Part shown: piece after piece, positions 1-10,529 of the stretch | Layout: each line of letters begins with the position of its first letter | How positions within the stretch are numbered: position 1 is the first letter of the stretch | Assembly (NCBI GenBank): GCA_965216325.1 | Contig: OZ244160.1 | Coordinates: forward strand, 1,824,001-1,888,000 | Direction of reading: 5' to 3' | Length of the DNA: 64,000 nt | Origin: Coraliomargarita sp. | Lineage (GTDB): Bacteria; Verrucomicrobiota; Verrucomicrobiia; Opitutales; Coraliomargaritaceae | Made by a program: the position numbers and the translations under genes | Notes under the pieces: generated by a model | What the model saw: the letters and a program-made list of their open reading frames with translations, nothing else | Told to the model about the DNA's origin: nothing | Databases searched by the model: none

Positions 1-1230
1 CCACGTTACGCTCACTATGGTTCCTACACAGACATTAATGGAAATTTGGTGGATGACTGTGTGATTACTTTGTTTGAGCAGGGTAAGTCCTTTACCGGTG
101 AAGCCATGCTGGAGATTGCACCACATGGGAATCCACTGATCGTGCAGAAAATCATGGAGGATCTGTATGCACGTGGTTGCCGTCCGGCCGAACCAGGCGA
201 ATTTACCCGCACCGCATTCCTGAATGGCAAGATGGACCTGAGTCAGGCGGAGGCGGTTTCAGACCTGATCCGTGCACGTTCTGAGCGCAGTATTGAAGTG
301 GCACAGCGTCAGCTACACGGCTCTGTGGGCCGTAAAATGAGTGAACTCACAGAGCGTCTACTGGCAGTGATGGCGCATATTGAGGCTTATATCGACTTTC
401 CGGAGGAGGATTTGCCGCCTGAAGATCAGGCGGGGCCAGCTCAGGATTTGCGCCGTGTGATTAATGAGACAAGAGATCTGATTGAGACCCAGCACTACAC
501 TGCCCTACTCCACGAAGGGATCAAGACACTGATCGTCGGTGAGCCGAACGTCGGTAAGAGCAGTCTGATCAATGCGCTGACTGGCTCTGAGCGTGCGATT
601 GTGAGTGACGTGCCGGGCACGACACGTGACTTCATCTCATCTTTCCTGATGCTCGGCCCCTGGCGTATTGAGATTTTGGATACGGCTGGTTTGCATGAAG
701 CAGGCGATGCCATAGAACAAATCGGCATTCAGCATACGATCGAGCAGGCTGAGACGGCTGATTTCTTCTTGTTGGTTCTGGACGCCACGCAGCCCTCCCC
801 TGCCCTGCCTGCCGAGTTGCTGGAACGTATGACTCCTGAGAATACTTTGGTGCTCGAAAACAAGATCGATTTGGAGCACTCGACTGTGCACGAAGAGTTC
901 TTGAGCCAGTTCAAGCACTGTCGCCTCTCGTTGATGAATCGTGATGGGCTTCATGAGTTTCGTGACGCATGGCAGGCTGCAATTGATGCGGGCTTGTCGC
1001 AGCCGATCGCGACGGATGGTGTTGTAGTGAATGCACGCCATGCGGCTGCCCTTTCGGAATCTGTGTCCGCGCTTGAGTTTGCGGCTGAGAAAATGCGGGA
1101 CGGTGAGCTCTCTGAGCTCGTTGCGGCGGATTTGCGGGACGCGATTGAGTCGATTGGTAAAGTTGTCGGTAAAGTCGATAACGAGCGCATGCTCGACAGC
1201 TTGTTTAAACAATTCTGTATCGGAAAATGA
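1..1230 (+). CDS. mnmE: tRNA modification GTPase MnmE/TrmE (5' end outside window)
   Basis: [34 protein letters not shown]1 [23 protein letters not shown] and C-terminal FCIGK; reading frame is open back to base 1. Confidence 0.97.
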   Translation, partial: PRYAHYGSYTDINGNLVDDCVITLFEQGKSFTGEAMLEIAPHGNPLIVQKIMEDLYARGCRPAEPGEFTRTAFLNGKMDLSQAEAVSDLIRARSERSIEVAQRQLHGSVGRKMSELTERLLAVMAHIEAYIDFPEEDLPPEDQAGPAQDLRRVINETRDLIETQHYTALLHEGIKTLIVGEPNVGKSSLINALTGSERAIVSDVPGTTRDFISSFLMLGPWRIEILDTAGLHEAGDAIEQIGIQHTIEQAETADFFLLVLDATQPSPALPAELLERMTPENTLVLENKIDLEHSTVHEEFLSQFKHCRLSLMNRDGLHEFRDAWQAAIDAGLSQPIATDGVVVNARHAAALSESVSALEFAAEKMRDGELSELVAADLRDAIESIGKVVGKVDNERMLDSLFKQFCIGK

Positions 1231-3152
1231 GTTCTGGATTAAAGTTTGGGCCGAATCAGCCCTATGATGTGATTGTCTGTGGTGCTGGCCACGCAGGATG
1301 TGAGGCGGCACTCGCCGCTGCCCGTATGGGTGCAGATACACTGATGTTGACTGGTAATCTGGATACTATTGCGCAGATGAGCTGCAATCCGGCCATCGGT
1401 GGTCAGGCCAAGGGGCACATTGTGCGCGAAATCGATGCACTTGGCGGTGAGATGGCTATCAATACCGACACCACAGCGATCCAGTTCCGTCTGCTGAATG
1501 CGACTAAAGGTCCAGCGGTTCAGGCACCACGCGCTCAGTGTGACAAGAAGGCCTATCAGTATCGCATGAAGCATGTGCTGGAGCTCCAGGATCATTTGGA
1601 TCTGTTTCAGGCTCTGGTGCAGGGCCTGATCTTTGAGGGCGATCGTGTCGTCGGCGTGAAGACCAATCTGGATGTCGATTTCTATGCCAAGACTGTGGTC
1701 GTGACTACTGGGACATTCTTACGTGGCCTGATGCACGTCGGTCAGAATAAGAATGAGGGAGGCCGTATGGGTGATTTCTCGGCTAAGGGCCTCTCGGGTT
1801 CGTTTCTTGACGCGGGTATTGAGCTCGAGCGTCTCAAGACGGGCACCCCGGCCCGTATTCTTGGTAGTAGTATCGATTTTGCCGGCCTTGAAGAGCAGGA
1901 GGGTGATCCGGTCCCGACGCTGTTCGGGTTTTATGATACTCGCGGAATGGATGATATGTTCCACGTGGAACATTCTGAGGAACAGTCAGAGGCATTTGAG
2001 CAATTGTTCCAAGTGGAACATTCTGGTCAGCGCAAACTCGGGTGGGCGCCTGGTCAGGATCAAGTGTCCTGTTTTATGACGTATACGGGTGCCGCGACGC
2101 AGGAGGTGGTGAATTCCAATCTGCACCGTTCTGCGATGTATTCGGGTGAGATTGAGGGCACGGGCCCTCGCTACTGCCCAAGTATCGAAGATAAGTTTGT
2201 GCGTTTTAAGGATAAGGATCGTCACATGCTTTTCCTGGAGCCGGAAGGGCGGAATACCAATGAGTGGTATATTAATGGCCTTTCAACCAGCTTGCCGTTC
2301 GATGTGCAGCTCGATATGTTGCGCAGTATTCAGGGGCTGGAGAATGTGCACATGCTTCGTCCGGCTTATGCCGTTGAGTATGACTTCGCGCCGCCGACGC
2401 AGTTGTTCCCGAGTTTGGAGTCGAAGAAGGTGGAGAACTTGTTCTTTGCGGGTCAGATCAATGGCACCTCCGGTTATGAGGAGGCTGCGGGGCAGGGCCT
2501 GATTGCGGGTGTCAATGCCGTGCAGAAGGTGAGGGGAGCGGAGCCACTCGTTCTAAAGCGTCACGAATGCTATCTCGGTGTGTTGATCGATGATCTGGTG
2601 ACGAAGGGCACTCAGGAGCCGTATCGTATGTTCTCCAGTCGTGCCGAGCACCGTCTATTGTTTAATCACCCGAGTGCGGAGTTGCGCCTGCGGCATCATG
2701 TCGAAGCACATGGTCTCGTCGATCCTGAGCGTGTGAAGCGTATTCAGGCGAAAACAGACACGATTCTTAACTGGGTCGGGCGCTTGGAGAAAGAGCGTGT
2801 CGGCGGGCAGCTTTATGGCGATGTCTTGCGCCGCACGCGTTCGCAGGAGGACTTTCCGGCTGATTTGCGGTCGCTGTCGCGTGAGGTTCGTGATGAAGTG
2901 TTCTATCGTGTAGTTTTTCGTGGCTATCTGGAGCGTGAGGCGAAGCAGATCGAAAAGATGCGTCACATTGATAAAATTCGCGTCCCAGAGGGCTTTGATT
3001 TCCGAGCGGTGAAGGGCTTGCGTAATGAAAGCGCCGAAAAGCTTTCCGAAATCGCGCCACGCACGCTTGGCCAGGCGAGTCGAATCAGTGGGGTGAATCC
3101 AGCGGATATCAGCATCCTGATGGTCTATCTCGAGGCTCGATCATCTGGCTAG
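1227..3152 (+). CDS. mnmG: tRNA uridine 5-carboxymethylaminomethyl modification enzyme MnmG/GidA
   Basis: [60 protein letters not shown] overlap with mnmE. Confidence 0.98.
   Translation: MSSGLKFGPNQPYDVIVCGAGHAGCEAALAAARMGADTLMLTGNLDTIAQMSCNPAIGGQAKGHIVREIDALGGEMAINTDTTAIQFRLLNATKGPAVQAPRAQCDKKAYQYRMKHVLELQDHLDLFQALVQGLIFEGDRVVGVKTNLDVDFYAKTVVVTTGTFLRGLMHVGQNKNEGGRMGDFSAKGLSGSFLDAGIELERLKTGTPARILGSSIDFAGLEEQEGDPVPTLFGFYDTRGMDDMFHVEHSEEQSEAFEQLFQVEHSGQRKLGWAPGQDQVSCFMTYTGAATQEVVNSNLHRSAMYSGEIEGTGPRYCPSIEDKFVRFKDKDRHMLFLEPEGRNTNEWYINGLSTSLPFDVQLDMLRSIQGLENVHMLRPAYAVEYDFAPPTQLFPSLESKKVENLFFAGQINGTSGYEEAAGQGLIAGVNAVQKVRGAEPLVLKRHECYLGVLIDDLVTKGTQEPYRMFSSRAEHRLLFNHPSAELRLRHHVEAHGLVDPERVKRIQAKTDTILNWVGRLEKERVGGQLYGDVLRRTRSQEDFPADLRSLSREVRDEVFYRVVFRGYLEREAKQIEKMRHIDKIRVPEGFDFRAVKGLRNESAEKLSEIAPRTLGQASRISGVNPADISILMVYLEARSSG
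1957..1972. promoter_or_regulatory. parS centromere-like site (perfect palindrome TGTTCCACGTGGAACA) inside mnmG
   Basis: Matches the widespread chromosomal parS consensus; the palindrome extends to 18 bp (1956-1973). Confidence 0.85.
2005..2020. promoter_or_regulatory. second parS-like site TGTTCCAAGTGGAACA inside mnmG
   Basis: One mismatch to the first copy, 48 bp downstream; both are followed by TTCTG. Confidence 0.7.
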
Positions 3153-3844
3153 TTGTTTGGCCAAAAACCGGAGGGGCGCCGTGGTTGTGTTGTAAGTTGT
3201 TTTAGGTGAGTTGCTTGCGAGATGCTGTGTTTCGTTCTTACTCTGGGCGTAATTTTTAATCAGATCTTTTAAGGTGCTTTACAGTTAGTGTAGTAGAGTG
3301 CTGTAGTGGCGAGCTTGGTGTGTTCAATATAATGGAACTTAAATGGGGTGAAAATATGTATACCCAGGGGTGCACATTTTGATGGAGTGGGGAGGGCTAC
3401 TTCGCAAATCTGGCACTTAACCACGTTAAATCATATTTTCTGTGTAGTGCAGCGCCGTGCTTATCCGGTTTGAGACTGTTGAATGCGGTTCACACAATGT
3501 TGTTAGTCCGATACTAGATACTAAAAGCAGCCTTGGGCTTTGTTTTTTAAACCATGCATGAACGTCAATTTACGTTATCGAAGCAACTCGTCCGAGCGAG
3601 CCGATCGTCCTACTCGTGGCTGGGTTCCGTAGGGAGGCGACGTGCTTGCTGATTGTAGGCGAGCCTTCAATCGAAGTGGTCTGAATGTATCTACTTTTAA
3701 TCCATCGTGATAACAGATTGCGAGGAGTCCTTGCTGTTTCTTTGGGAACTTGGCCTTTTAGATGCCCGCATTTCAAGTCGTATAGTCCGCTTCGAGTTGT
3801 CTCATTTAAAAAACGAATGAGTTACAAAAATGTGTATATCTTTG

Positions 3845-3879
3845 TGTCATTGATGTCACGACTGTGACGCCAGTGTTAT
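3845..3879 (+). promoter_or_regulatory. Pho-box-like half-site cluster upstream of the TonB-dependent receptor
   Basis: TGTCAT (3845), TGTCAC (3854), TGTGAC (3863), TGTTAT (3874); spacing is partly non-canonical. Confidence 0.4.
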
Positions 3880-4007
3880 ATTTGCAACGCGTGCATACTC
3901 TACTGTTGAGGTGAGACTTTCAGCGGGCACAAGGAGGCGCGTTTTGGTTCCTGCGACACAATCATAATCTCTGTGTCGGAGGGTGAAACTAAGATGCGCT
4001 TTCCGAA

Positions 4008-7000
4008 ATGAAAACAAACAAGCAACTTATCGCACTCACAACGCTCAGCTTACTCGCTTTAGCTGCTCAGTCTGCATGGGCACTGAAGATCGATATTCCC
4101 AAAGAGCTGGAAGCTGAAGTCGAAGCTCAGCGAGCGGCCGAGCAGGAGGCCTTGGCTGCTGAAATTGAAAGTATCTATGAGGGGAAGGTTGTGCTCCGAG
4201 AGGGGGGAGCAATGAGCTTCGTTGCTGAGTCGGGTGAGCCACTCGTTGAGCCAGAGACGACTGTGGAGACTGAATCATCGGAGCCGGAATACGTCGATTT
4301 TGGTGCGATGGAAGTCGCTGGACCAGAGGCTGAACTTACTGCGGATGAAGGGCGAATCTACGGCCAGATTATTGATCAGGATACCAGTGTCCCGCTTGCA
4401 GGTGTGGCGATTCTACTGGAGACAGGTGTCGAAGGTGAAGAAGTTGGGACAATTACCGACGCCAATGGGGAGTATGCTATCGGGCCTGTAGGTGCAGGGG
4501 TGTATACCCTGAGCATGTTTAAGGATGGGTATATCGGATCGACGGTTACAGATTATGAGATCGAAGGAGGCTTGGACAAGCAATTCGCGTTTGCTTTGCC
4601 TCTGCGTCCGGCTGAAATGTCTGACGAAGCTTATGAGTTGACTGGGTTTACCGTCTCAGCAGATGAAGCCAACGACATGATGATGAAGTTGGATTTGAAG
4701 TTTAATTCAGATCGAGCGCTTGATGTCATGAGTGCAGAAGACTTTTCAAAATTTGCTGCAAGTGATGTTGCGGATGCTGTGAAGCGCATCGCAGGGGTTT
4801 CGGTTAACGATGGCAAATTCCCATCGGTGCGTGGTTTGAATGATCGTTACACGGTGACTACGCTTAATGGAATGCCTTTACCAAGTCCGGACCCATTTCG
4901 GAAATCTCCGCAGTTTGATATGTTCCCTTCGTCACTGCTGGATTCAATTGTGGTTAGTAAATCTGCTACGGCTGATTTAGCAGGAGAATCGACTGCTGCA
5001 AACTTCGACTTGATCACTAAGCGTTTGCCTGAAGAGCGCATTCTGAAATTTAGTTTCGGTCTAGGTGTTAATGAGAATGCTTGGGATGATTTTCGTGATT
5101 TCGATCGCCCTAGTTCATACTGGTATGCCGACGCTGCGGATGATTTTGATCCGGCACCGCGCGAGAATTATGAGGATCCTAACGTGCGTCCAGGTTACGA
5201 TCCGACCGATGAGTTTTTGTCAAAGCGGGCCAGCAAGCGCCCAGATATGTCTTTCTCTGGAACCTATGGTGAAACCTTTGAATTTCGTAATGACCGCCGC
5301 TTAGGTGTAGTGGCCTCGGGTTACTACAAGATTAAGCGTGAAACGCTGTCAGATGCGACACGGGTGGATGATTATGACTTTGAGTCGGCTCAAGTGTTAC
5401 GCCCAGATGAGGATCCGCGTGTCATTAATATCGGCCAGCCGTCTTACATTCAGTTAGATGACATGGGCAATTTTGCAGGCTTTGTGCCAGTTGCGTCGTA
5501 TGTTCCGGTCAACGGCGTCGAACCAGAGCGTGGAGTCGACCCACTTTTCTTTGGTGATTCTGTGGTAAACGTTCCCTATGGGGATGAGACTACTTATGAC
5601 TTCTCGGCTTACTCTGAAAGTGTTCTGCTTGGCGGTCTTGCAGGCCTTACCTATGAAATGGGAGACGATCATGTGGTTGGCACGAACCTGTTTCATAGTC
5701 GCACTTCAGATACCTATGTAGGGCATGCGGTGAATGGTATTAATCCTGGTGAGAATATTGCAGGAACGGTTTTGGAGTTAGAGCGTGAAACGCTCTACTA
5801 TGTAGAGCGCTCGTTGACTGCGCTTCAGTTGTTTGGTGAGCATCGTTTGACGAGTATTCCGGTTTTTGATTCCCTATTTTCCTGGGGTTATCAGCATGCC
5901 AGAGCAAATCAGGATGAGCCAGATTTTCGCGATACGGTTCGTGTGTTAGACCAAGATGGTAATCGTCGTAATGTTAATAGCACTGATAACATTGCTTATA
6001 GTTCACGATCATGGAGAAGTGTGGATGAGGAGGAAGATAGTTTGCGTCTGGATCTGGAGTTGGATCTCGATGAAAAAACAAACGCATTTATAGGTTATGC
6101 GCGTTCAGATGCAGATCGAACCTCTGAGGTGCAGACTTATATCGAACGCCGCACCGATACCTTTTCGACCGGTGAAATCGTTATTCCGGATGGTCCGATT
6201 GATTCTTTCCTTGCAACCGACGGTATTCGTGGTGAGTCGGATTCGGAGCGAACGATCGATGCGGTTTATGGCATGGTCCAGCGTGATATTAATGAATTCA
6301 TCGGTCTGAATTTTGGTGTTCGCTGGGAAGATTCGGTTATCGGGGTCGAAAGCGATACTCAACTCGATAGCGCGGGCACTCTAGCTGATGTGTTTCGATT
6401 GTTCGATTCTGCACGTTTCGTTGACCCACCCAATGAGGTGACTCAGATTCTTTCGAATCAGGCGGATATTCTGGGTGTGCCAGTGGGATACAGCAATACC
6501 ACTGGTTCTGATATTGAGACCGAATTACTTGATGAATTGTATTTGCCGAGTGTGCTCGTTACTCTGAAGCCAGCGGAAGCGTTGCAGATAAAGTTGGGCT
6601 ACTTCGAGACGATTAACCGGCCCTCTTTTCGTGAGATTACGGGGGATATTTTCGTCGACAGTCTGACTGGTGATCGCCTCGCAGGTAACCCCTTCTTGAA
6701 GTCGTCTCGCACCGATAATTATGACTTTCGAGTTGAGTTGCGCCCTGCGGATGCCGGGTGGGAGCTTCCATTCTGGGAGGGGTTTCTTACCGACGGTGAC
6801 ATGCTGGGTGTAAGTCTATTCAAGAAAGAGATTACAGATCCGATCGAATTTCTCCAGCCAACTGCGGCGGGAACAATTGATGAGATTCCATTCAACAACA
6901 CGGAGGGTGCAGATGCAGAGGGTATCGAAGTCGAGTTTAATAAGAATCTTTCCTTCATTGGAGTTCCCTATGCAGAGTATTTTTCGTTCGGTGGTAACAT

Positions 7001-7490
7001 CTCGTGGACCGATGCCGTTGTTGGAGTTAGCCAGGCAGAAAAGGACCTGCTCGGGCTGAATGATAATATCGATGGAGACGCATTGAAGGACGAGCGTCCA
7101 CTTACTGAGCAACCAGATCGGATCGTTAACTTGAATCTCAATTTTGAGCAACCGGAATGGGGTTTCACGGCAACGCTTGCTTACAATTTCAAAACTGAAA
7201 TTCTCGAGAGCATTGGCTCGCAGGATGAACTGGATGCGTATCGAGGAGAATCGGAGCGCTTGGATTTGGTTCTCTCTAAGTCGTTTGATAACGGCCTCAC
7301 CTTGAAGTTCTCCATTAAGAACTTACTGGATGATGAAGAAGAGGCCTATTTCCGAAATCGTGCCCCTGATTACAACAATCCTGACATCCCGAATATGGAG
7401 AATCCCAGCTCATTTGGGGAGGATTTGTCGCGGATTTCAGGTGGCTCGATAGGACGCACATTCGCAATTAGTGCCAGCTACGAATTCTAG
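4008..7490 (+). CDS. TonB-dependent outer membrane receptor with acidic N-terminal extension and carboxypeptidase-regulatory-like domain
   Basis: Signal peptide; GRIYGQIIDQDTSVPLAGV; plug motifs DVADAVKRIAGVSV and SVRGLNDRYTVTTLNG; GNPFLK; KNLLD; terminal ASYEF. Confidence 0.93.
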   Translation: MKTNKQLIALTTLSLLALAAQSAWALKIDIPKELEAEVEAQRAAEQEALAAEIESIYEGKVVLREGGAMSFVAESGEPLVEPETTVETESSEPEYVDFGAMEVAGPEAELTADEGRIYGQIIDQDTSVPLAGVAILLETGVEGEEVGTITDANGEYAIGPVGAGVYTLSMFKDGYIGSTVTDYEIEGGLDKQFAFALPLRPAEMSDEAYELTGFTVSADEANDMMMKLDLKFNSDRALDVMSAEDFSKFAASDVADAVKRIAGVSVNDGKFPSVRGLNDRYTVTTLNGMPLPSPDPFRKSPQFDMFPSSLLDSIVVSKSATADLAGESTAANFDLITKRLPEERILKFSFGLGVNENAWDDFRDFDRPSSYWYADAADDFDPAPRENYEDPNVRPGYDPTDEFLSKRASKRPDMSFSGTYGETFEFRNDRRLGVVASGYYKIKRETLSDATRVDDYDFESAQVLRPDEDPRVINIGQPSYIQLDDMGNFAGFVPVASYVPVNGVEPERGVDPLFFGDSVVNVPYGDETTYDFSAYSESVLLGGLAGLTYEMGDDHVVGTNLFHSRTSDTYVGHAVNGINPGENIAGTVLELERETLYYVERSLTALQLFGEHRLTSIPVFDSLFSWGYQHARANQDEPDFRDTVRVLDQDGNRRNVNSTDNIAYSSRSWRSVDEEEDSLRLDLELDLDEKTNAFIGYARSDADRTSEVQTYIERRTDTFSTGEIVIPDGPIDSFLATDGIRGESDSERTIDAVYGMVQRDINEFIGLNFGVRWEDSVIGVESDTQLDSAGTLADVFRLFDSARFVDPPNEVTQILSNQADILGVPVGYSNTTGSDIETELLDELYLPSVLVTLKPAEALQIKLGYFETINRPSFREITGDIFVDSLTGDRLAGNPFLKSSRTDNYDFRVELRPADAGWELPFWEGFLTDGDMLGVSLFKKEITDPIEFLQPTAAGTIDEIPFNNTEGADAEGIEVEFNKNLSFIGVPYAEYFSFGGNISWTDAVVGVSQAEKDLLGLNDNIDGDALKDERPLTEQPDRIVNLNLNFEQPEWGFTATLAYNFKTEILESIGSQDELDAYRGESERLDLVLSKSFDNGLTLKFSIKNLLDDEEEAYFRNRAPDYNNPDIPNMENPSSFGEDLSRISGGSIGRTFAISASYEF

Positions 7491-7518
7491 AGGCGGAACT
7501 GACAAGATAGAATATTTG

Positions 7519-7549
7519 CTTTGTCACGACTTTGTCACGTGGGTGCCAC
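7519..7549 (+). promoter_or_regulatory. Pho box (11-bp phased direct repeats)
   Basis: CTTTGTCACG at 7519 and 7530 plus GTGCCAC at 7543; resembles the PhoB consensus CTGTCAT-N4 repeat; phoB/phoR-like genes lie nearby. Confidence 0.65.
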
Positions 7550-7631
7550 TGATTCGACGCTTCGGTCATATAGTATGGAGGTCTCTTTGGCGGCCTATGC
7601 TGCTTCTCTCATAAAAAATAACTAAATTAGT

Positions 7632-9260
7632 ATGAAAAAGACACTCCTAACTGCGAGCATCGTTGCATCTGCTGCAGCGGCGAATGCTGCCGTTCTTGTT
7701 AATACCGACGTTACGTCCGATACAACATGGACCGCAGCTAACAGCCCTTACATCCTTGACGATATCATTTACGTCAAGAATGGAGCTACACTCACTATTG
7801 AGCCCGGCACAATCGTTCGTGGAAACCCACGCACGGACCTTGCAACATTCAACCCAGGTGCGCTTGTCATTACTACTGAAGGCCGCATCAACGCAGTTGG
7901 TGAAGCAAACAATCCAATTATTTTCACAACTGCTGCGCTTGATGTTGATGGTAACGGTGTTGCTGATGGCATCGACTTAGAGGTCGTTGTTGTCGATGGT
8001 GATGACGTTAAGAACATCGCAGCTGACCGTGCGACTGCATCTTCTACTCTGTTCCTTGACGCAGATCCAGCTAACGCGCCGCTCCCTCCTGCTCTTTATG
8101 ACGGTGGTGGCGACATCCAAACTACAACTGATGCTGATGGTGACACTATCAACATCGAATACCGCCAGCTTTGGGGTGGTATCATCATCCTTGGTGAGGC
8201 TCCAGTTAACACAGACGTAGTTGCTGCTGGCGGTCTTGGTCGCCAGTTCATTGAAGGTCTTCCTGTCGGTGCAGACGCTGCCTTTGGTGGTTTCAATCCA
8301 AATGACAATTCTGGTGCGCTTGCATACGTGTCCATCCGTCACGGTGGTGCTGTGATTGGTGCTGCGAACGAAATCAACGGCCTTACAATGGGTGGTGTTG
8401 GCTTCGGCACTCGTATCGATCACATCGAGGTATACTGCAATGCTGACGACGGCTATGAGTGGTTTGGTGGCACAGTGAACACTAAGTATCTTGCATCTAT
8501 CTTCAACAATGACGATGCGTTCGACCACGACGAAGGTTTCACAGGCCTTGGTCAGTTCTGGTTTAGCATCTTCAACAACGATGGCACGAATGGTGACAAG
8601 GCTGGTGAGCACGATGGTAAGACTGGCGATGCAAACAGCCTTGAGCTTCCGAAGACCTTCCCTGTCATCTACAATGCGACTTACATCGGTGGTGGTGAAA
8701 CCAACACGCGTGGCACAGAAGCATTCCGTATCCGCGATGATTGGGGCGGTGCTTACTACAACTCCATCTTCTCCAAGTTCAAGGGTGATGCTGTTGAGGT
8801 TGAGGTTGACGGTTTGGCTCGCCTTGCTGCCGGTGAAGTTATTTTCCACGAGTGCACATGGTTCGATTTCGGCGGTGCAGACGACGCAGCTAGCTATGGC
8901 AAGGCTGTCGACGTTGATACTGGTGACGCTCTTGCTGATGCGATCACAAATAGTTCAAACGAAGCGATTGTTGAAGCAATCTGGACTGCAGATTCAACGA
9001 ACCGCATTACCAACCCAGGCTACGCAGCATTCGATCGCCGTGCTGCTAACGGCGTGAACCCAGCTGCTCCTCTTGGTCTTGGCACTATCAACAACGGCAC
9101 TTCTTTCGGTGAGCCCGAAACAGCCACCTTTTTTGAGGATGTTGCTTACAAGGGTGCCTTCTCCACTGACCAAACTGCAACGCTTTGGACCACTGGTTGG
9201 ACTGCGCTCAACAAGCGTGGCATCCTCGTAGACCGTGGTGACGGCCTCTCTGTTGACTAA
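7632..9260 (+). CDS. Secreted Gly/Asp-rich parallel beta-helix-like protein of the type found beside TonB-dependent receptors
   Basis: Signal peptide; TLTIEPGT, WGGIIILGEAP, YVSIRHGG, NEINGLTMGGVGFGT, DDGYEWFGGTVN, DDAFDHDEGF, YKGAF...WTTGWT. Confidence 0.75.
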   Translation: MKKTLLTASIVASAAAANAAVLVNTDVTSDTTWTAANSPYILDDIIYVKNGATLTIEPGTIVRGNPRTDLATFNPGALVITTEGRINAVGEANNPIIFTTAALDVDGNGVADGIDLEVVVVDGDDVKNIAADRATASSTLFLDADPANAPLPPALYDGGGDIQTTTDADGDTINIEYRQLWGGIIILGEAPVNTDVVAAGGLGRQFIEGLPVGADAAFGGFNPNDNSGALAYVSIRHGGAVIGAANEINGLTMGGVGFGTRIDHIEVYCNADDGYEWFGGTVNTKYLASIFNNDDAFDHDEGFTGLGQFWFSIFNNDGTNGDKAGEHDGKTGDANSLELPKTFPVIYNATYIGGGETNTRGTEAFRIRDDWGGAYYNSIFSKFKGDAVEVEVDGLARLAAGEVIFHECTWFDFGGADDAASYGKAVDVDTGDALADAITNSSNEAIVEAIWTADSTNRITNPGYAAFDRRAANGVNPAAPLGLGTINNGTSFGEPETATFFEDVAYKGAFSTDQTATLWTTGWTALNKRGILVDRGDGLSVD

Positions 9261-9274
9261 AATTCAGTATAACT

Positions 9275-9301
9275 TCCCCCAGCAGAATTTCTGCTGGGGG
9301 A
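9275..9301 (+). other. Strong intergenic stem-loop without a U-tract
   Basis: TCCCCCAGCAGAA-T-TTCTGCTGGGGGA. Confidence 0.7.
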
Positions 9302-9331
9302 TTCTGACTTAAACATAGAAAACTACATAAA

Positions 9332-10078
9332 ATGAAAAAAGTAATTCTCTTCTCTGCGGCAATGTCTGCAGCAGCAGTATCGTCTTACGCGCAAAGCCTC
9401 GTTGCTGGTTGGGACTTTTCCCAGTTTCAGTTCGATGGCAGTGCTGACACTACTGGTGACTTTGTGGGTAATCCATCTATCGATTCCAATTTTGGTGTGA
9501 ATGCGTCGACCCTCTATTGGGACGGTAGCTTTAGCACAACGGCGATCGATTTCGGCGGGGCATTCGCATTTGCTCCAGCTGATGTTTTCGGTTCAAACGG
9601 TGCGCAGCAAAGCGGCAACTTGACAACACCAGGCCTTGGCGGTGATTTCTCCGGTTCTGGTTTCGGCCTTCGTTTCGGCACTGGTGCCGAAGGTGAAGAG
9701 TTTGTCTTCGCACTCGACACAACAACCTTCGGTGACATCAGCCTCACGTTCGATGCTCAAACAAACAACGGTTCTTCTGACCTGCAGTTTGCTTACAGCA
9801 CAAACGGTGGTGCTTCTTACACGAACTTCGGTAGTGCAGTTACAGTAGGTAGCTCTTCTGCTCTTCAGACTGTTGACATGTCTGCAGTGGATGCAATCGA
9901 AGGTCTCGCTCAAGCGCTCATCAAGGTTTCCATCTCCGGTCTTTCCGGTGCGGAAACACTTAGCTTGGATAATGTTCAGGTCCTCTCTGCTGGTGCAGCG
10001 GTTCCAGAGCCTTCCTCCTTCGCAGCTATCTTTGGTGGTCTTGCGCTTGCATTCGCAGCAGCACGTCGCCGTAACTAA
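9332..10078 (+). CDS. PEP-CTERM sorting-domain surface protein
   Basis: Signal peptide; LVAGWDF start; C-terminal VPEPSS, TM helix, RRRN. Confidence 0.93.
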   Translation: MKKVILFSAAMSAAAVSSYAQSLVAGWDFSQFQFDGSADTTGDFVGNPSIDSNFGVNASTLYWDGSFSTTAIDFGGAFAFAPADVFGSNGAQQSGNLTTPGLGGDFSGSGFGLRFGTGAEGEEFVFALDTTTFGDISLTFDAQTNNGSSDLQFAYSTNGGASYTNFGSAVTVGSSSALQTVDMSAVDAIEGLAQALIKVSISGLSGAETLSLDNVQVLSAGAAVPEPSSFAAIFGGLALAFAAARRRN

Positions 10079-10105
10079 TCCTACAAAGGTTTAAACACTA
10101 TTACT

Positions 10106-10140
10106 GCGGGCATGGTCATAATGGCTATGCCCGCTTTTTT
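10106..10140 (+). terminator. Intrinsic terminator after the PEP-CTERM gene
   Basis: GCGGGCATGGTCA...TGGCTATGCCCGC followed by T6. Confidence 0.85.
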
Positions 10141-10464
10141 GTTTATGGGGGCCTGTTGATGCCTATGAGCTAATTACGCTCTTTGTAGTATCCCGTTGCC
10201 TTGCTGTAGGAATCGCACAACTGCACTTTATGGTGTATGGACTTACTTGTATCGGCTTGAGAAGGATTTACATTGTGGTTGATGAAAAGAGTATCATCCG
10301 ATTGTTACATTCTAACGTTTGGCTAGGTTTCAATTTTGTCGAATTTTTTGTCGGTGTTTCCGATCGCTATACTTGAGATGATCTTACTTGAGTCTCTGAT
10401 GACTCAGGGGCAGGTTAGTTGAGATCTGGCTAGATGACTCAACTCAGTTATTCTATGTAGGTAT

Positions 10465-10503
10465 ATAAAAATGCCACCAGAACAGTTCCGGTGGCATTTT
10501 TAT
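10465..10503. terminator. Bidirectional intrinsic terminator
   Basis: ATAAAAATGCCACC...GGTGGCATTTTTAT just past the stop of the minus-strand gene. Confidence 0.8.
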
Positions 10504-10529
10504 GCTTCAGCACTCGCTGGAATGGTTTC

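Noticed and set aside
3153..4007. oriC call downstream of mnmG
   Set aside because: No cluster of TTATCCACA-like DnaA boxes; only isolated weak matches
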